NCBI GenBank assembly: GCA_964394435.1
Contig: CAYMXN010000002.1
Location: 14,196 to 78,195 of the forward strand
Direction of reading: 5' to 3'
From: an uncultured Candidatus Saccharibacteria bacterium
GTDB taxonomy: Bacteria > Patescibacteriota > Minisyncoccia > UBA6257 > 1-14-0-10-44-23
Length of the DNA: 64,000 bases
In this document: one piece after another, positions 11,426-21,424 of the stretch
How the letters are laid out: the number at the start of each line of letters is the position of its first letter
Numbering within the stretch: position 1 is the stretch's first letter
Program-made: the position numbers and the translations under genes
The notes under the pieces: generated by a model
The model's database searches: none
Told to the model about the DNA's origin: nothing
The model's input: the letters and a program-made list of their open reading frames with translations, nothing else

Positions 11426-12254
11426 TCCTATGCGCTATATCTTTTTCGGAAGTCCTGAATTTGCAAAAGAAGTTCTCGCTACGCTGATTGAGGCCAACCT
11501 CCCTCCAGTGGCTCTTGTTTGTAATCCAGACAAACCGGTTGGACGCAAAAAAATCATTACCGCCCCGGACACCAAGCAATATATTCTTGACTCAAAACTT
11601 CCGATTGAGATTTTTCAACCTAAGCGCGTACTCGAAATCGAAGAAGCGCTCATCTCGCTGAAGCCGGACTTTTTTATCGTTGCGGCCTATGGTCAGATTA
11701 TCCCGAAAAAAATCCTCTCTCTTCCTCCGCTAGGCGTGTTAGGCGTGCACCCATCACTCCTGCCTAAATACCGCGGCGCCTCCCCGATTCAGTCCGCCCT
11801 CCTCGAAGGCGAGAGCGAAACGGGAACGACACTCTTTATGGTCGATGAGAAGGTTGATCACGGACCGATTGTCGCCCGCGAAGCGATGCCTATTGATATC
11901 GACGAGACATATATCTCTCTCGAGAAGAAACTCGCCCGCCTTGGTGGCGAACTACTGATTCGTACCCTGCCGAACTTTATCAAAGGAGGCATTTTAGCCG
12001 CCGTACAAAACGAAGAAGATGCGACGCTTACTAAAAAGTTCGAAACTGCGGATGCGGAGATTGATTTTGTAAAAGATAGCGCCCTCTCGGTCTATCGTAA
12101 GATTCAGGCGCTCAATCCGGAGCCGGGGGCGTATACAATGAACTATCCAGGTCACGAGGGTAAGCGCGTAAAGCTACTCGCAGCTGCGCTTGCTGACGGC
12201 AAGGTTGTACCAACTCAAATTCAGGTTGAGGGCAAAAAGCCCCAAGCACTGTAA
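11406..12254 (+). CDS. fmt: Methionyl-tRNA formyltransferase
   Basis: FFGSPEF, VAAYGQI, HPSLLPKYRGASPI, DHGP. Confidence 0.95.
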   Translation: MLMLKNNPMRYIFFGSPEFAKEVLATLIEANLPPVALVCNPDKPVGRKKIITAPDTKQYILDSKLPIEIFQPKRVLEIEEALISLKPDFFIVAAYGQIIPKKILSLPPLGVLGVHPSLLPKYRGASPIQSALLEGESETGTTLFMVDEKVDHGPIVAREAMPIDIDETYISLEKKLARLGGELLIRTLPNFIKGGILAAVQNEEDATLTKKFETADAEIDFVKDSALSVYRKIQALNPEPGAYTMNYPGHEGKRVKLLAAALADGKVVPTQIQVEGKKPQAL

Positions 12255-12320
12255 TCTTGACTTTTTTCAAATAAATAGTAATACTATATTTTGTAGGCCA
12301 TTCAACCCTGGAGGCGTTTA

Positions 12321-12587
12321 ATGACTCGCGAAGAATTCCTTTCGCTCCTTTCGGAGCTGTACAAGAGCGGGAAGATCAAGGCGACCCTCGGACTCCGCAA
12401 GGGGTTCGATCGTGGGACGATTCTCCTGCGTAAGTCAGGCGACGAGGACTGCCACCTCTCTACCGGAACGGTGGTGGTGTTCATCGCCAAGTTCCTCAAC
12501 CCGGACAAGCCGAGCTGGCTCTGCATGGCCTACGTCAACGCGGGCAAGGACATCGACCTCTCCCCCGAGGACTCGACCGCGGCCTAG
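12321..12587 (+). CDS. GC-rich orphan protein
   Basis: GGAGG at 12310-12314, G/C-ending codons, AT-rich TTGACT promoter upstream, terminator downstream. Confidence 0.7.
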   Translation: MTREEFLSLLSELYKSGKIKATLGLRKGFDRGTILLRKSGDEDCHLSTGTVVVFIAKFLNPDKPSWLCMAYVNAGKDIDLSPEDSTAA

Positions 12588-12595
12588 ACCGACAC

Positions 12596-12639
12596 GGCCT
12601 GACACTCGCATCGCGAGTGTCGGGCCGCTTTTTTTATTT
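12596..12639 (+). terminator. Intrinsic terminator of orphan gene
   Basis: cggcctgacactcgc-atc-gcgagtgtcgggccg followed by T-tract. Confidence 0.8.
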
Positions 12640-12651
12640 CCAGCGATTTTT

Positions 12652-13266
12652 CTACTTACCCTCCCTGCTCGCTAGACCGTATTCAGCAACAATCTTATTA
12701 GCAAACTTCCAGTCGAGATTTTTAAAGAATGAGTCGATATACGCCTTACGGCTCGTGCCGTAATCAATAAAGTACGCGTGCTCGTACACATCTAATACGA
12801 TAACCGGAACTGCTGCCCAAACTGCTCCGACGTTGTGCGCGTCTGAAGCGTAGTTGTGCAAGCGGTTGTCCTTGAAGTCAAAAGCGGTGATCGCCCAGCC
12901 ACGCGCTGAAAGTCCCGTAGCAACAAGATCGGCCTTCCACTCATCAAGCGAGCCAAAGTCGCGCTCAATCATTTTCACGAGCTCACCTTCTGGCTTACCG
13001 TCGCCGCTTAAGTGACCAAAATATACTTCGTGCAGCTTCATTCCGTTAACTGCAAACGTCTCTTCGCGCTTAAGCTCACCAACTAAGCTATATACGCCAT
13101 TAGCCTCACTCTTGTCCGCCGTCTCAAGCTTAGCCTGAATCTCGTTGGTCTTTTTTACATACCCTTCGTACAGCTTAAAGTGCTGCTCGAGCATTTTTAC
13201 ACTAATCCCATCAATATCTTTCGTAAACGGAAACTTATCAGCTATAAAATCTTTTCTGTTTTTCAT
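12652..13266 (-). CDS. Fe/Mn superoxide dismutase
   Basis: Metal ligands in QHFKLY, LHEVYF, DVYEHAY. Confidence 0.9.
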   Translation of the reverse strand: MKNRKDFIADKFPFTKDIDGISVKMLEQHFKLYEGYVKKTNEIQAKLETADKSEANGVYSLVGELKREETFAVNGMKLHEVYFGHLSGDGKPEGELVKMIERDFGSLDEWKADLVATGLSARGWAITAFDFKDNRLHNYASDAHNVGAVWAAVPVIVLDVYEHAYFIDYGTSRKAYIDSFFKNLDWKFANKIVAEYGLASREGK

Positions 13267-13284
13267 TTGTTTTGGGTTGAATTA

Positions 13285-13402
13285 TCCCGTTAGAGGTAAT
13301 TATTAATAATTATTTCCAAGACTATACACCTTAATAGATTTTTATCATTATATCACCGCGAAAGTACGGATGTGCTTTAAGCACATCCTACCTCTAACGG
13401 GA
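13285..13402. mobile_element. MITE-like 118-bp element with perfect 14-bp terminal inverted repeats
   Basis: tcccgttagaggta...tacctctaacggga; internal hairpin ggatgtgc-tttaa-gcacatcc near right end; same ends as the elements at 40721 and 41113. Confidence 0.75.
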
Positions 13403-13467
13403 CGCCCTTAGTATATCTTGCTCGCCGCTAAACAAAAAGACCGCCCTTAGGCGGTCTTTTCTAAATA

Positions 13468-13941
13468 CTAGCGAGTTACCGAGATCGTCTGTCCGAGCTC
13501 TGCCGATGGAGCAGAAACCGTCACGCGACCAGTCGTACCACCGGTCTGACTGACGTAGTAGCCGGAGTTGTATGAGCTCGTCGAGGTCCAAGCAGCATTC
13601 GCAGCCGATGGGTCAAACGGCATAGATGGAATATACGTGTCTACTAAACAAGGACCGATATTGTAGCCACCCGAAGACGCCATAAGACTCGAGCTAGCTG
13701 GAATTGCCGATCCGCAAGTAAAGACACCACGGTTATCAGCCATATTTTGGCCAATAGCGTTAAGGATCGCGTTCACGTTCGCAGAGCGCTGCGTGTTGCG
13801 AGCCTGGGCAAACTGACGGGCTGGGTTCAAAGCTACGATGACGACAGACGCCAAGATAGCGATGATACCGATTACTACTAATAACTCAATAAGCGTAAAA
13901 CCCTTCGACTGACTCAGGACGATGCCTTTTTGTTTGTTCAT
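13468..13941 (-). CDS. Type IV pilin, copy 1
   Basis: KG|FTLIELLVV N-methylation motif; own terminator at ~13435-13460. Confidence 0.92.
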   Translation of the reverse strand: MNKQKGIVLSQSKGFTLIELLVVIGIIAILASVVIVALNPARQFAQARNTQRSANVNAILNAIGQNMADNRGVFTCGSAIPASSSLMASSGGYNIGPCLVDTYIPSMPFDPSAANAAWTSTSSYNSGYYVSQTGGTTGRVTVSAPSAELGQTISVTR

Positions 13942-14034
13942 ATGGTAGAAATTATATCATATTCTGTTCAATTCCCTATCTAGGCTTATCCACAAACAAA
14001 AAGAGCCCGTTGGGCTCTTTTTGTTTGCTCATGA

Positions 14035-14484
14035 CTAGCGGCTAACGGAAATTACCTGGCCCAACTCTTGAGCTGGGGCGGCAACCGTTACGCGACCACT
14101 GGTCGCATCACGCAAAACTGTGTAACCAGTCTTGTATGAGCTCGTCGAGGTCCAAGCAGCATCTGCAGCTGATGGGTCAAACGGCATAGATGGAAGGTAG
14201 GTCGTGACTAAGCAAGAAGCGATGTCGTAACCACCTGACGAAGCCATCTCTGTCGCGGTTGATGGCAAAGCGCCGGCACCACACGTCCAGTTACCACGGT
14301 TATCGGCGATATTCTGACCGATAGCGTTAAGGATCGCGTTAATGTTCGCAGAGCGCTGCGTGTTGCGAGCCTGGGCAAACTGACGGGCTGGGTTCAAAGC
14401 TACGATGACGACAGACGCCAAGATAGCGATGATACCGATAACCACGAGAAGTTCGATGAGGGTGAAACCCTTTTGTTTGTTCAT
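14035..14484 (-). CDS. Type IV pilin, copy 2
   Basis: KG|FTLIELLVV; own terminator at ~13994-14026. Confidence 0.92.
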   Translation of the reverse strand: MNKQKGFTLIELLVVIGIIAILASVVIVALNPARQFAQARNTQRSANINAILNAIGQNIADNRGNWTCGAGALPSTATEMASSGGYDIASCLVTTYLPSMPFDPSAADAAWTSTSSYKTGYTVLRDATSGRVTVAAPAQELGQVISVSR

Positions 14485-14593
14485 TTTTTCGTTTTGAAAA
14501 TAAAACTCGACCTTTCCTATACCCTAAGAATAGCAAAGCTATGCAAAGCTCGCCATTTATCGCTGTGTATAACTACCCAAGCTATAGCCTTAT

Positions 14594-16051
14594 CTATCTC
14601 ACCTCTTCCCAGCTGATAATATCGTATTGACTCGCGGTAATTGGGAAACTCGGCGGTGGCCCGTAGAGCAAGTTCCCGTCGTACGTAATAATGCGCGTGT
14701 TATACCCCGTACCGTCCGTATACGCAAACCCGTAACGCTGATTAGTTGCGAGCATACCATAGAGCGTAATTTTGCTACGCTTATACTCTGTACCGCAGCT
14801 TGAGCTGTAGTAGTACCGGCCGATGCGACCGTTTTGAGCCACGAGCGCCGCATCAATCTCGAGATCATCATCACTCTTTAAGGCGGCGTTGATATTTCCC
14901 TGGGTCATCAAACTGATCACGTCTTGCCCGTCGTAGTTTGTATACAATAAGTCGCTGTTAATAGTGATGTTGGCGTAGGTATTAGAACTTACTGGGAAGC
15001 GGCCGGAGGCGATCGTAAGTCGCGCGGTGTTGATTTTGCCACGCACCCAAATATCATCTTCGAAAAAGAGTAGACCGTTAGCCGGGAACGCGACATTAGT
15101 CGCTACTGATGAGGTCGTGTTGATAGACCACGTTCCCCAGCCGGTCGACCCATCACTATTACAGTTATTTGGAGCATTTTTTAATCCCGTCACCTTATAC
15201 ACATCAAAGGTGTCGTTTGTTTTTAACACAATCTCATACCCCTTTGAGCCCGATGGTCCTTTGTAATATCCGCTTGATGAGGCGGCGGTTTTTATATTTG
15301 CGAGATCGGTTGTAATACCGTTAAAGTCAACGGCTGGTACGGGGAAGCTGCGACCGGCAGTAAATACATCGGTACGCGTCGGCACTGCGGCTGGCGGTAG
15401 CGGGTCAACAGTTCCCGAGTGCGTATGCACGCCAAACTCCTGTCCACCGGAGTGGTCCGGATCATCATACTTATCTTTCGCGCTCGTCACGACGTTATGC
15501 GCCACACCGTCAAAACGAATACCGCCATTACTGTGCAGCTGACCATACACATCGGTTCCCTCTCCAAAACGAATATCTGCATTAGCAGCAACCGAATAAC
15601 GCGCGAGTGATGGCAAACCCATCTTTACCTTAATCACCTTATACGCGGTTGGGTCCGAATCAACGCGACCAGTTGAAGTAATCGTGGTAATCGTAGTGCC
15701 ACTCGCTGGCGTAGTAATTTGTAGCTCAAACTGACCAAGCCGATTTCCGTCTTTGTCGTTATATACGTGTACATAAGGCTGTGTAGACGTTCCTGTTCCA
15801 TCCTTAAAATCTTGCGGGGCGTGGGCTAAGTGCCAGCGATAATACTCGATACCACTCTCGGCGATTGTAAAAGCGAGCGACTTATACTGATCACGGCTCA
15901 CGCTCTTTACATACGTATCAGACCAGAGCACAAATCCCGATATCAATAAGATTGAAATGAATCCGAATAAAAGAACCTGGATAGCCAGCTGACCTGACAT
16001 AGCTGATGGCCTTCGACTCGCAAATGTTAGTTTGAAAAAAGGAATATACAT
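14594..16051 (-). CDS. PilX-like minor pilin
   Basis: SG|QLAIQVLL hydrophobic N-terminus, AFTIAESGIE motif, position in pilus cluster; start uncertain. Confidence 0.7.
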   Translation of the reverse strand: MYIPFFKLTFASRRPSAMSGQLAIQVLLFGFISILLISGFVLWSDTYVKSVSRDQYKSLAFTIAESGIEYYRWHLAHAPQDFKDGTGTSTQPYVHVYNDKDGNRLGQFELQITTPASGTTITTITSTGRVDSDPTAYKVIKVKMGLPSLARYSVAANADIRFGEGTDVYGQLHSNGGIRFDGVAHNVVTSAKDKYDDPDHSGGQEFGVHTHSGTVDPLPPAAVPTRTDVFTAGRSFPVPAVDFNGITTDLANIKTAASSSGYYKGPSGSKGYEIVLKTNDTFDVYKVTGLKNAPNNCNSDGSTGWGTWSINTTSSVATNVAFPANGLLFFEDDIWVRGKINTARLTIASGRFPVSSNTYANITINSDLLYTNYDGQDVISLMTQGNINAALKSDDDLEIDAALVAQNGRIGRYYYSSSCGTEYKRSKITLYGMLATNQRYGFAYTDGTGYNTRIITYDGNLLYGPPPSFPITASQYDIISWEEVR

Positions 16052-16052
16052 A

Positions 16053-16685
16053 CTATTTGTATCGAAGATTACGAATCGTCGCCTCATTTTCTACCCCAAC
16101 GATTGATGGCGTACTTGTTGAAGGGCTTTGATTTGCGATTAGCGATATTTTCACTGTCTTTATTTTCAGCGGATCAACCGGCGATGGAAGTGCTATAGAT
16201 TGAGTGCTGGTTGCGCTCGCGTCGTAATACGAAAATATCTGCCCACTCATCATATTATGAACCATATCTCTTACATCTTCACTGGAGCTTGGGTACGTTA
16301 CTGGGTTACCAGTTGGGCGAATCACCCCCTTCTGGAAGGTTGTACCGTTAAGAAAATATCGCACCTGATCGTACCCGCCATCACGATCAATGTCGCTGTA
16401 AAACGCAAATGAACCCGAAGCGGCGCTGATAATCGGATATGCTCCATTGTTTGATTGCGCGATCGAACGAATCTCCGGCAGCATAATCTGTAATGTTTGC
16501 TGCATCTCTTGCTGTACGATCAGACTGTTATTAAAACGAAGGCTATATTTTGTCAGATCACTTCCCAATAAACCGACCGCCATTGCGATTCCTGCAACAA
16601 TACCCATCACAATAAGAAGCTCGATAAGCGTAAAGCCACGCGTCTCGCCTTGATCCCTCCAGCTCTGTATCTGTATTTTTTTCAT
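16053..16685 (-). CDS. Minor pilin (PilW/GspJ-like)
   Basis: RG|FTLIELLIV. Confidence 0.85.
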   Translation of the reverse strand: MKKIQIQSWRDQGETRGFTLIELLIVMGIVAGIAMAVGLLGSDLTKYSLRFNNSLIVQQEMQQTLQIMLPEIRSIAQSNNGAYPIISAASGSFAFYSDIDRDGGYDQVRYFLNGTTFQKGVIRPTGNPVTYPSSSEDVRDMVHNMMSGQIFSYYDASATSTQSIALPSPVDPLKIKTVKISLIANQSPSTSTPSIVGVENEATIRNLRYK

Positions 16686-16692
16686 ATATCTA

Positions 16693-18468
16693 TTATTGGA
16701 GAGTTAAGCGTTTTTCTTGCCAGCCACTTACGACCGAAACCGAACTGGTCGCAGTAGTATAGCCGGACTTACTAACCGTCATCGTATAGGTGCCGGTTGG
16801 GATATTACTAAATAATGTTTGCCCCTGTGGTACACAGCTTGATGTGAATCCGATCTGAACACTTGAGAGTGTCGGCGTATAGTTTTGATCAACCGTGTTT
16901 AAGTACGCCTTATAACGCAGATACCGATGCCCATCATGCATAGTTCCGATCGTACTTGTTGCGGTGTAATAGGTGCTGCCCGTGCCATCTGGGCCGAGGT
17001 AGTTCCATGTACTGTTGTCGGTATTTGATGCGATCTGGAATTTTAGACAGTTTGTTCCACACTGGCTTGGTTGGGTAGTCGGCGTCCAAACAAGGTCGTA
17101 CAGTACGGTGCCGGTAGTCGTGCCAAGGTCGTATGTGTTTGAGATTAAATAGCTATTCGTACTAGTTGGATATACTCCCCCATTTTGTGCGAGCTTCACA
17201 TCACCAGCCGGATTAGCGTCGGCAAGATTGCCGTCTTGTGCGTTGTAATTTCCATTAGACCAGTCGGTTTGGCTTAAAAACTTTTTACCAGTAATTTGCG
17301 TAAGGTTTGTGCCGGTCTTAGCGATAGTAACCGTCGCTCCCAAAATCGGCGTGCTTGAGGCGTCCACAACTGTCGCCATGAGCGATGTCGAAGCTTTTGG
17401 TTCAAGTAAAAACGAAAGTCCGACCGTCGTATTTGGATCGATCGTTAATGGGGCGAGCGGAATACTGCCCGCGAGATCATACACCGCAGAAGTGTTGGTA
17501 AACGTATAGGTATCCCACTCGAGTGATGAGATCGTTTTTAACCCAGAGGTATCAGTAGTAAAACTCGAGCTATATTTATTTACATTTGGGCCGGAGCCGA
17601 TTAATTTACTGCCTACCTGATTAAATGGAATTGAGGCGACTCCGTTACACTGCGCATCTTGCGTCTTCACGTTTAGCGTACTCACCCGGTCAACACCGAA
17701 ACTGATTGAAGTTATTTGCTGCGTCGCAACCGTCGCGTGCGGCTGAATTGGATTTGGGTTAGCGGCCGCACCTGGTTTATAGGTTTGCGCTGACGAGTAC
17801 CCATTTTTACTTACCGTAATCTGATACGCGGTTGTGCTAGTCGGAATATCAACTAATTGGAGCGTGCCGGAGTTGTTTGTGCTGTCTGTGATTGAGATGG
17901 CTGGTGAAGTGCTATTGTTTACAACACTCACCGAGACGTTTCCAACTGGCTGACCGTTCGCATCAAACGTGTTGATAAAGAGTGATCCATTTTTACTGGT
18001 GGACTCGAGCGTTTGCGGTGCGACCCAGGTCGTATAGGTAACTGGGGCGAACCTAAAACAAGTTGGACAGCTCACCTCGAGCTGCACCATACGATAGTCA
18101 GCTGGCGCGGTATCGTTTGGTGTCCCGCCCTGCTTGCCATCAAACGCGTCATCGATATTACGCACATACGACTTTACGACAAATGAGTTGTTTTCGTAGA
18201 GCACGGTCTTTTGAGCCAGCAACACTCCAGCTGGCGAACCGCTGACTGTACCGACTTGGTCAAACGGAACGTTGCGCAGGATTTCGATTTCTTTATTAAG
18301 CACTGATGTCGCGAGCGTACGGAGTCTCGTGCGTCCCATAATCTCTAGCACGTTGGCGAATGTAAAATAGATACCGCCAACTAAAATCAAAAAGATGCAG
18401 ATCGTGATGAGTACCTCGATCAAACTGACGCCAGATTGGCTGTGAAGTTTACTACGCGATTGAGACAT
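16693..18468 (-). CDS. Large minor pilin with carboxypeptidase-regulatory-like beta domains
   Basis: SG|VSLIEVLI; repeated YxITVSKxGY beta-sandwich motifs. Confidence 0.8.
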   Translation of the reverse strand: MSQSRSKLHSQSGVSLIEVLITICIFLILVGGIYFTFANVLEIMGRTRLRTLATSVLNKEIEILRNVPFDQVGTVSGSPAGVLLAQKTVLYENNSFVVKSYVRNIDDAFDGKQGGTPNDTAPADYRMVQLEVSCPTCFRFAPVTYTTWVAPQTLESTSKNGSLFINTFDANGQPVGNVSVSVVNNSTSPAISITDSTNNSGTLQLVDIPTSTTAYQITVSKNGYSSAQTYKPGAAANPNPIQPHATVATQQITSISFGVDRVSTLNVKTQDAQCNGVASIPFNQVGSKLIGSGPNVNKYSSSFTTDTSGLKTISSLEWDTYTFTNTSAVYDLAGSIPLAPLTIDPNTTVGLSFLLEPKASTSLMATVVDASSTPILGATVTIAKTGTNLTQITGKKFLSQTDWSNGNYNAQDGNLADANPAGDVKLAQNGGVYPTSTNSYLISNTYDLGTTTGTVLYDLVWTPTTQPSQCGTNCLKFQIASNTDNSTWNYLGPDGTGSTYYTATSTIGTMHDGHRYLRYKAYLNTVDQNYTPTLSSVQIGFTSSCVPQGQTLFSNIPTGTYTMTVSKSGYTTATSSVSVVSGWQEKRLTLQ

Positions 18469-18482
18469 AGATAGGTACGCGC

Positions 18483-19616
18483 TTATACCTTGATGCTCTG
18501 ACTGATTTGATAGATTGGAGTGATAACCGAAAGTGCGATGAATCCGACAAGCAAACCCATAAAGAGCAACAAGGCTGGCTCGATAACGCTGCCGATATTT
18601 TTCAAAAACTCATCAACTTCAGACTGATAAAATTCGGAAAGGTACTTTAGGTTTTCAGTTAAGTTTCCTGTGTTCTCCCCCACCTCTATCATGTTAGCCA
18701 AAATAATCGGGAATAATCTCTCATTCTTTTTTAAATAGCTTGAGAAAAAATCACCGCGGCGGAGCGTCTCGCCGGCATTTTTGAGCTCGTGACGGTAGAC
18801 GAGGTTATCGAGTGTTTCGGCAGTAATATTTACCGCCTCGATAATTTTCACACCCGAGTTGAGCAACAATCCGAGCGTACGCGTCATCGTAGTTGCGTTT
18901 ACGCGCACTGACATCTTGCCGATAACAGGTAGGCGCAAAATGAAATGGTGCCACGCGTGACGATACCAGTAGTAGTGCGAAAGAATCCAGAGTACGGCGA
19001 TAAAGAGGAAAAAGCCCAGCGCGAGCCAGATACTATTAGCAGTCATAAACTTGGAACTGGCGATAAGAATCTTGGTTGTGATAGGTAAGTCTACGCGCAA
19101 ACTGGTAAAGACCGGCAAAATTTTTGGAAATACGCCGATCATAAGCGTGGCGACAATACCAATCGTCGCGAAAAAGATAACAGCTGGGTAAATAAGTGCA
19201 CCGCGAATCTTACTGCGCAACTCCTGCTTCTTTTTAAGCTCTTCGGCGAGGTAGTTAAGGTTTTCAGTTAATGTACCAGAGGTTTCACCGACGTGAACGA
19301 TGTTAATAAAGAGCTCACCAAACACGCTCTGGTACTTGCGCATACTCTCTGACAAAAACATACCGTTGGCAGTATCAGAAATAATTTGGTCAAGGATTTT
19401 CTTAAATGAGGGCGACTTGGTTTGTCTATAAATAAGACGCAAACTATCCTGCATCGTCATGCCCGAGCGAATACCAACAGCTAAGTGGCGGGCAAAAACA
19501 ACGCGCTCCTGAAGACCAACGCGCAAAAATATATTTTGAAAAATAGACTTAGCGACCGCACCCTTTGGCTGGTCGTCGTTTTCAGTTTTCTTAACTTTTT
19601 CGGGTAAGCCTAACAT
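18483..19616 (-). CDS. pilC: Type IV pilus platform protein (PilC/GspF family)
   Basis: Two T2SSF repeats (VGETSGTL, VGENTGNL), ALIYP, IEP. Confidence 0.93.
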   Translation of the reverse strand: MLGLPEKVKKTENDDQPKGAVAKSIFQNIFLRVGLQERVVFARHLAVGIRSGMTMQDSLRLIYRQTKSPSFKKILDQIISDTANGMFLSESMRKYQSVFGELFINIVHVGETSGTLTENLNYLAEELKKKQELRSKIRGALIYPAVIFFATIGIVATLMIGVFPKILPVFTSLRVDLPITTKILIASSKFMTANSIWLALGFFLFIAVLWILSHYYWYRHAWHHFILRLPVIGKMSVRVNATTMTRTLGLLLNSGVKIIEAVNITAETLDNLVYRHELKNAGETLRRGDFFSSYLKKNERLFPIILANMIEVGENTGNLTENLKYLSEFYQSEVDEFLKNIGSVIEPALLLFMGLLVGFIALSVITPIYQISQSIKV

Positions 19617-19657
19617 GAGAGTTCTGTATATAAGTATACACTAGAACTACTCCACTG

Positions 19658-20917
19658 TTATTCGTGAAAGACTCTTAACACTTCTTCGATAGTTGTCATC
19701 CCCTTTACCGCTTTCTCAAAGCCATCTTCCATCATCGTTTTCATTCCTTCAGCAATCGCCTGGCGACGGATTTCGTCTGCATTAGCTTTTTTCATAATAA
19801 GTTCACGAATTTTTTCTGTAATCTCAATAACCTCGTGAATACCAATACGGCCGCGGTACCCACTCCCGTTACAGCGTGCGCACCCCTGCCCTTTATAAAA
19901 CGCGTTGGTATCGCCAAGCATCTTTTCAGAAATCGAATCTTTGAGCGCCTTTAGCTCAACGTCAGTAAATACTTTTTTAACCTTACAGTCCGGGCAAATC
20001 GTGCGCACGAGACGCTGACCAATGGCGATGTTGAGTGTTGAGGCGATCAAAAATGGCTCGACGCCTAAGTCGAGTAAGCGCGGCAAGGTCGTCGGTGCAT
20101 CGTTAGTGTGAAGTGTTGAGAGCACTAAGTGACCAGTCATAGCGGCGTTGACGGCGATACTCGCTGTTTCGCCGTCACGAATCTCACCCACCATGATGAC
20201 GTTTGGGTCCTGACGCAAGATAGAACGCAGTCCGGTTGAAAATAGTAAGCCGGTTTTGACGTTGACCTGAATCTGGTCGACGCCCGGGAGTGAGTATTCG
20301 ATTGGGTCTTCGATGGTAACAATCGAGACGTCCGGCGTATTAATTTTTTTCAAAATCATGTATAGGGTCGTCGTCTTACCCGAACCAGTTGGACCGGTCG
20401 CGAGGATTAATCCATATGGCTTTTTCATCGCACGCGCGATGCGTCCAAGATTGAGCTCGGAAAATCCAAGCTTTTCCAAACTAAACTCATCACTCGAGTG
20501 GTCGGCGAGCAAACGCATGACGCAGTTTTCGCCGAAATAGGTCGGGGTAATAGAAACACGTACGTCGAGGTTAGCTCCGTCTTTTAAGACAATACGCAGA
20601 CGGCCGTCTTGAGCGGCTTGGTGTTCGTCGGTACGTAGTCCAGAGAGCACTTTGATACGCGTAATGATTTCCGAGTGGAGCTCTTTCGGAAACTTATAAA
20701 TATCGTGGAGTACACCGTCAACGCGAAAGCGCAGACGTAAGGCGTGCTCTTCTGGATCCATATGGATATCTGAAGCGCGCATTAAAAACGCCTGCTGAAT
20801 AATAACATCAACGATTTTGATGATTGAGCGAAACGCGTCAGCCTTTTTTACCTCCTTATCAAGCGCTTCTACGTCGGCTTGGAGTTGGGGTTCTTTTTCT
20901 GTTTCGGTTTCCGCCAT
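19658..20917 (-). CDS. pilB: Pilus assembly ATPase (PilB/GspE family), short N-terminus
   Basis: ASDIH, GPTGSGKTTT, TIEDPIE, LRQDP, GEIRD, STLHTN, CxxC...CxxC; start revised to 20917. Confidence 0.93.
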   Translation of the reverse strand: MAETETEKEPQLQADVEALDKEVKKADAFRSIIKIVDVIIQQAFLMRASDIHMDPEEHALRLRFRVDGVLHDIYKFPKELHSEIITRIKVLSGLRTDEHQAAQDGRLRIVLKDGANLDVRVSITPTYFGENCVMRLLADHSSDEFSLEKLGFSELNLGRIARAMKKPYGLILATGPTGSGKTTTLYMILKKINTPDVSIVTIEDPIEYSLPGVDQIQVNVKTGLLFSTGLRSILRQDPNVIMVGEIRDGETASIAVNAAMTGHLVLSTLHTNDAPTTLPRLLDLGVEPFLIASTLNIAIGQRLVRTICPDCKVKKVFTDVELKALKDSISEKMLGDTNAFYKGQGCARCNGSGYRGRIGIHEVIEITEKIRELIMKKANADEIRRQAIAEGMKTMMEDGFEKAVKGMTTIEEVLRVFHE

Positions 20918-21104
20918 AGCGATATATCTATTATAGTACAGTTTCATTTCGCTCACGAACAAAACCGGCGCATATTGCGAAAATATGTCAAAATCTATAG
21001 AATAACGGCACGCTTCAATATCGGTAGCCAAGTGCCCCTTCTCTGCACTTCGTGACGATATTGTGGGCTCGCCAAACCGAAAGTCTTAATCAAAAGGACT
21101 GTAG

Positions 21105-21124
21105 GTGCTGAGCGCAGTGAAGCA
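21105..21124 (-). repeat. REP-like CTTC..CTCAG hairpin abutting the tRNA fragment
   Basis: gtgctgagcgcagtgaagca; its reverse complement resembles the motifs at 47481 and 60036. Confidence 0.5.
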
Positions 21125-21167
21125 TTGCCAGATCGCCTGCCTGCGCAGGCAGGTCTAATGGTAGGAC
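21124..21167 (+). repeat. Duplicated 5' end of tRNA-Gln interrupted by an 18-bp palindrome
   Basis: attgccagatcg[cctgcctgcgcaggcagg]tctaatggtaggac versus attgccagatcgtctaatggtaggac at 21423-21448. Confidence 0.9.
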
Positions 21168-21171
21168 TAAT

Positions 21172-21420
21172 ATGTGGCACGTCTATCTTCTAAAAAGCCA
21201 GAAACAAAAATGGTATTATGTCGGGAGTACAAACCGACTCGAAGAAAGACTTAGCGAGCATAATCAGGGTCGAGTGCGATCGACTAAGAGCTATCGTCCA
21301 CTAGATATTGCCTACGCTAAGGAGTTCGGAAGCGAGAAAGAAGCGAGAAGTTATGAGAGAATGATAAAAGACAGGCGCATACTAAAGGAAGCGATTGTAC
21401 GAGAAATTGAAGGAAGGTAA
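21172..21420 (+). CDS. Stand-alone GIY-YIG nuclease (82 aa)
   Basis: HVYLL...YYVGST..LEERL.EHN, STK..RP, EAR..E. Confidence 0.92.
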   Translation: MWHVYLLKSQKQKWYYVGSTNRLEERLSEHNQGRVRSTKSYRPLDIAYAKEFGSEKEARSYERMIKDRRILKEAIVREIEGR

Positions 21421-21424
21421 ATAT

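Noticed and set aside
13468-14484. DGR-type diversification of pilins
   Set aside because: Both copies are full genes, differences are block-wise with indels, and no reverse transcriptase is present
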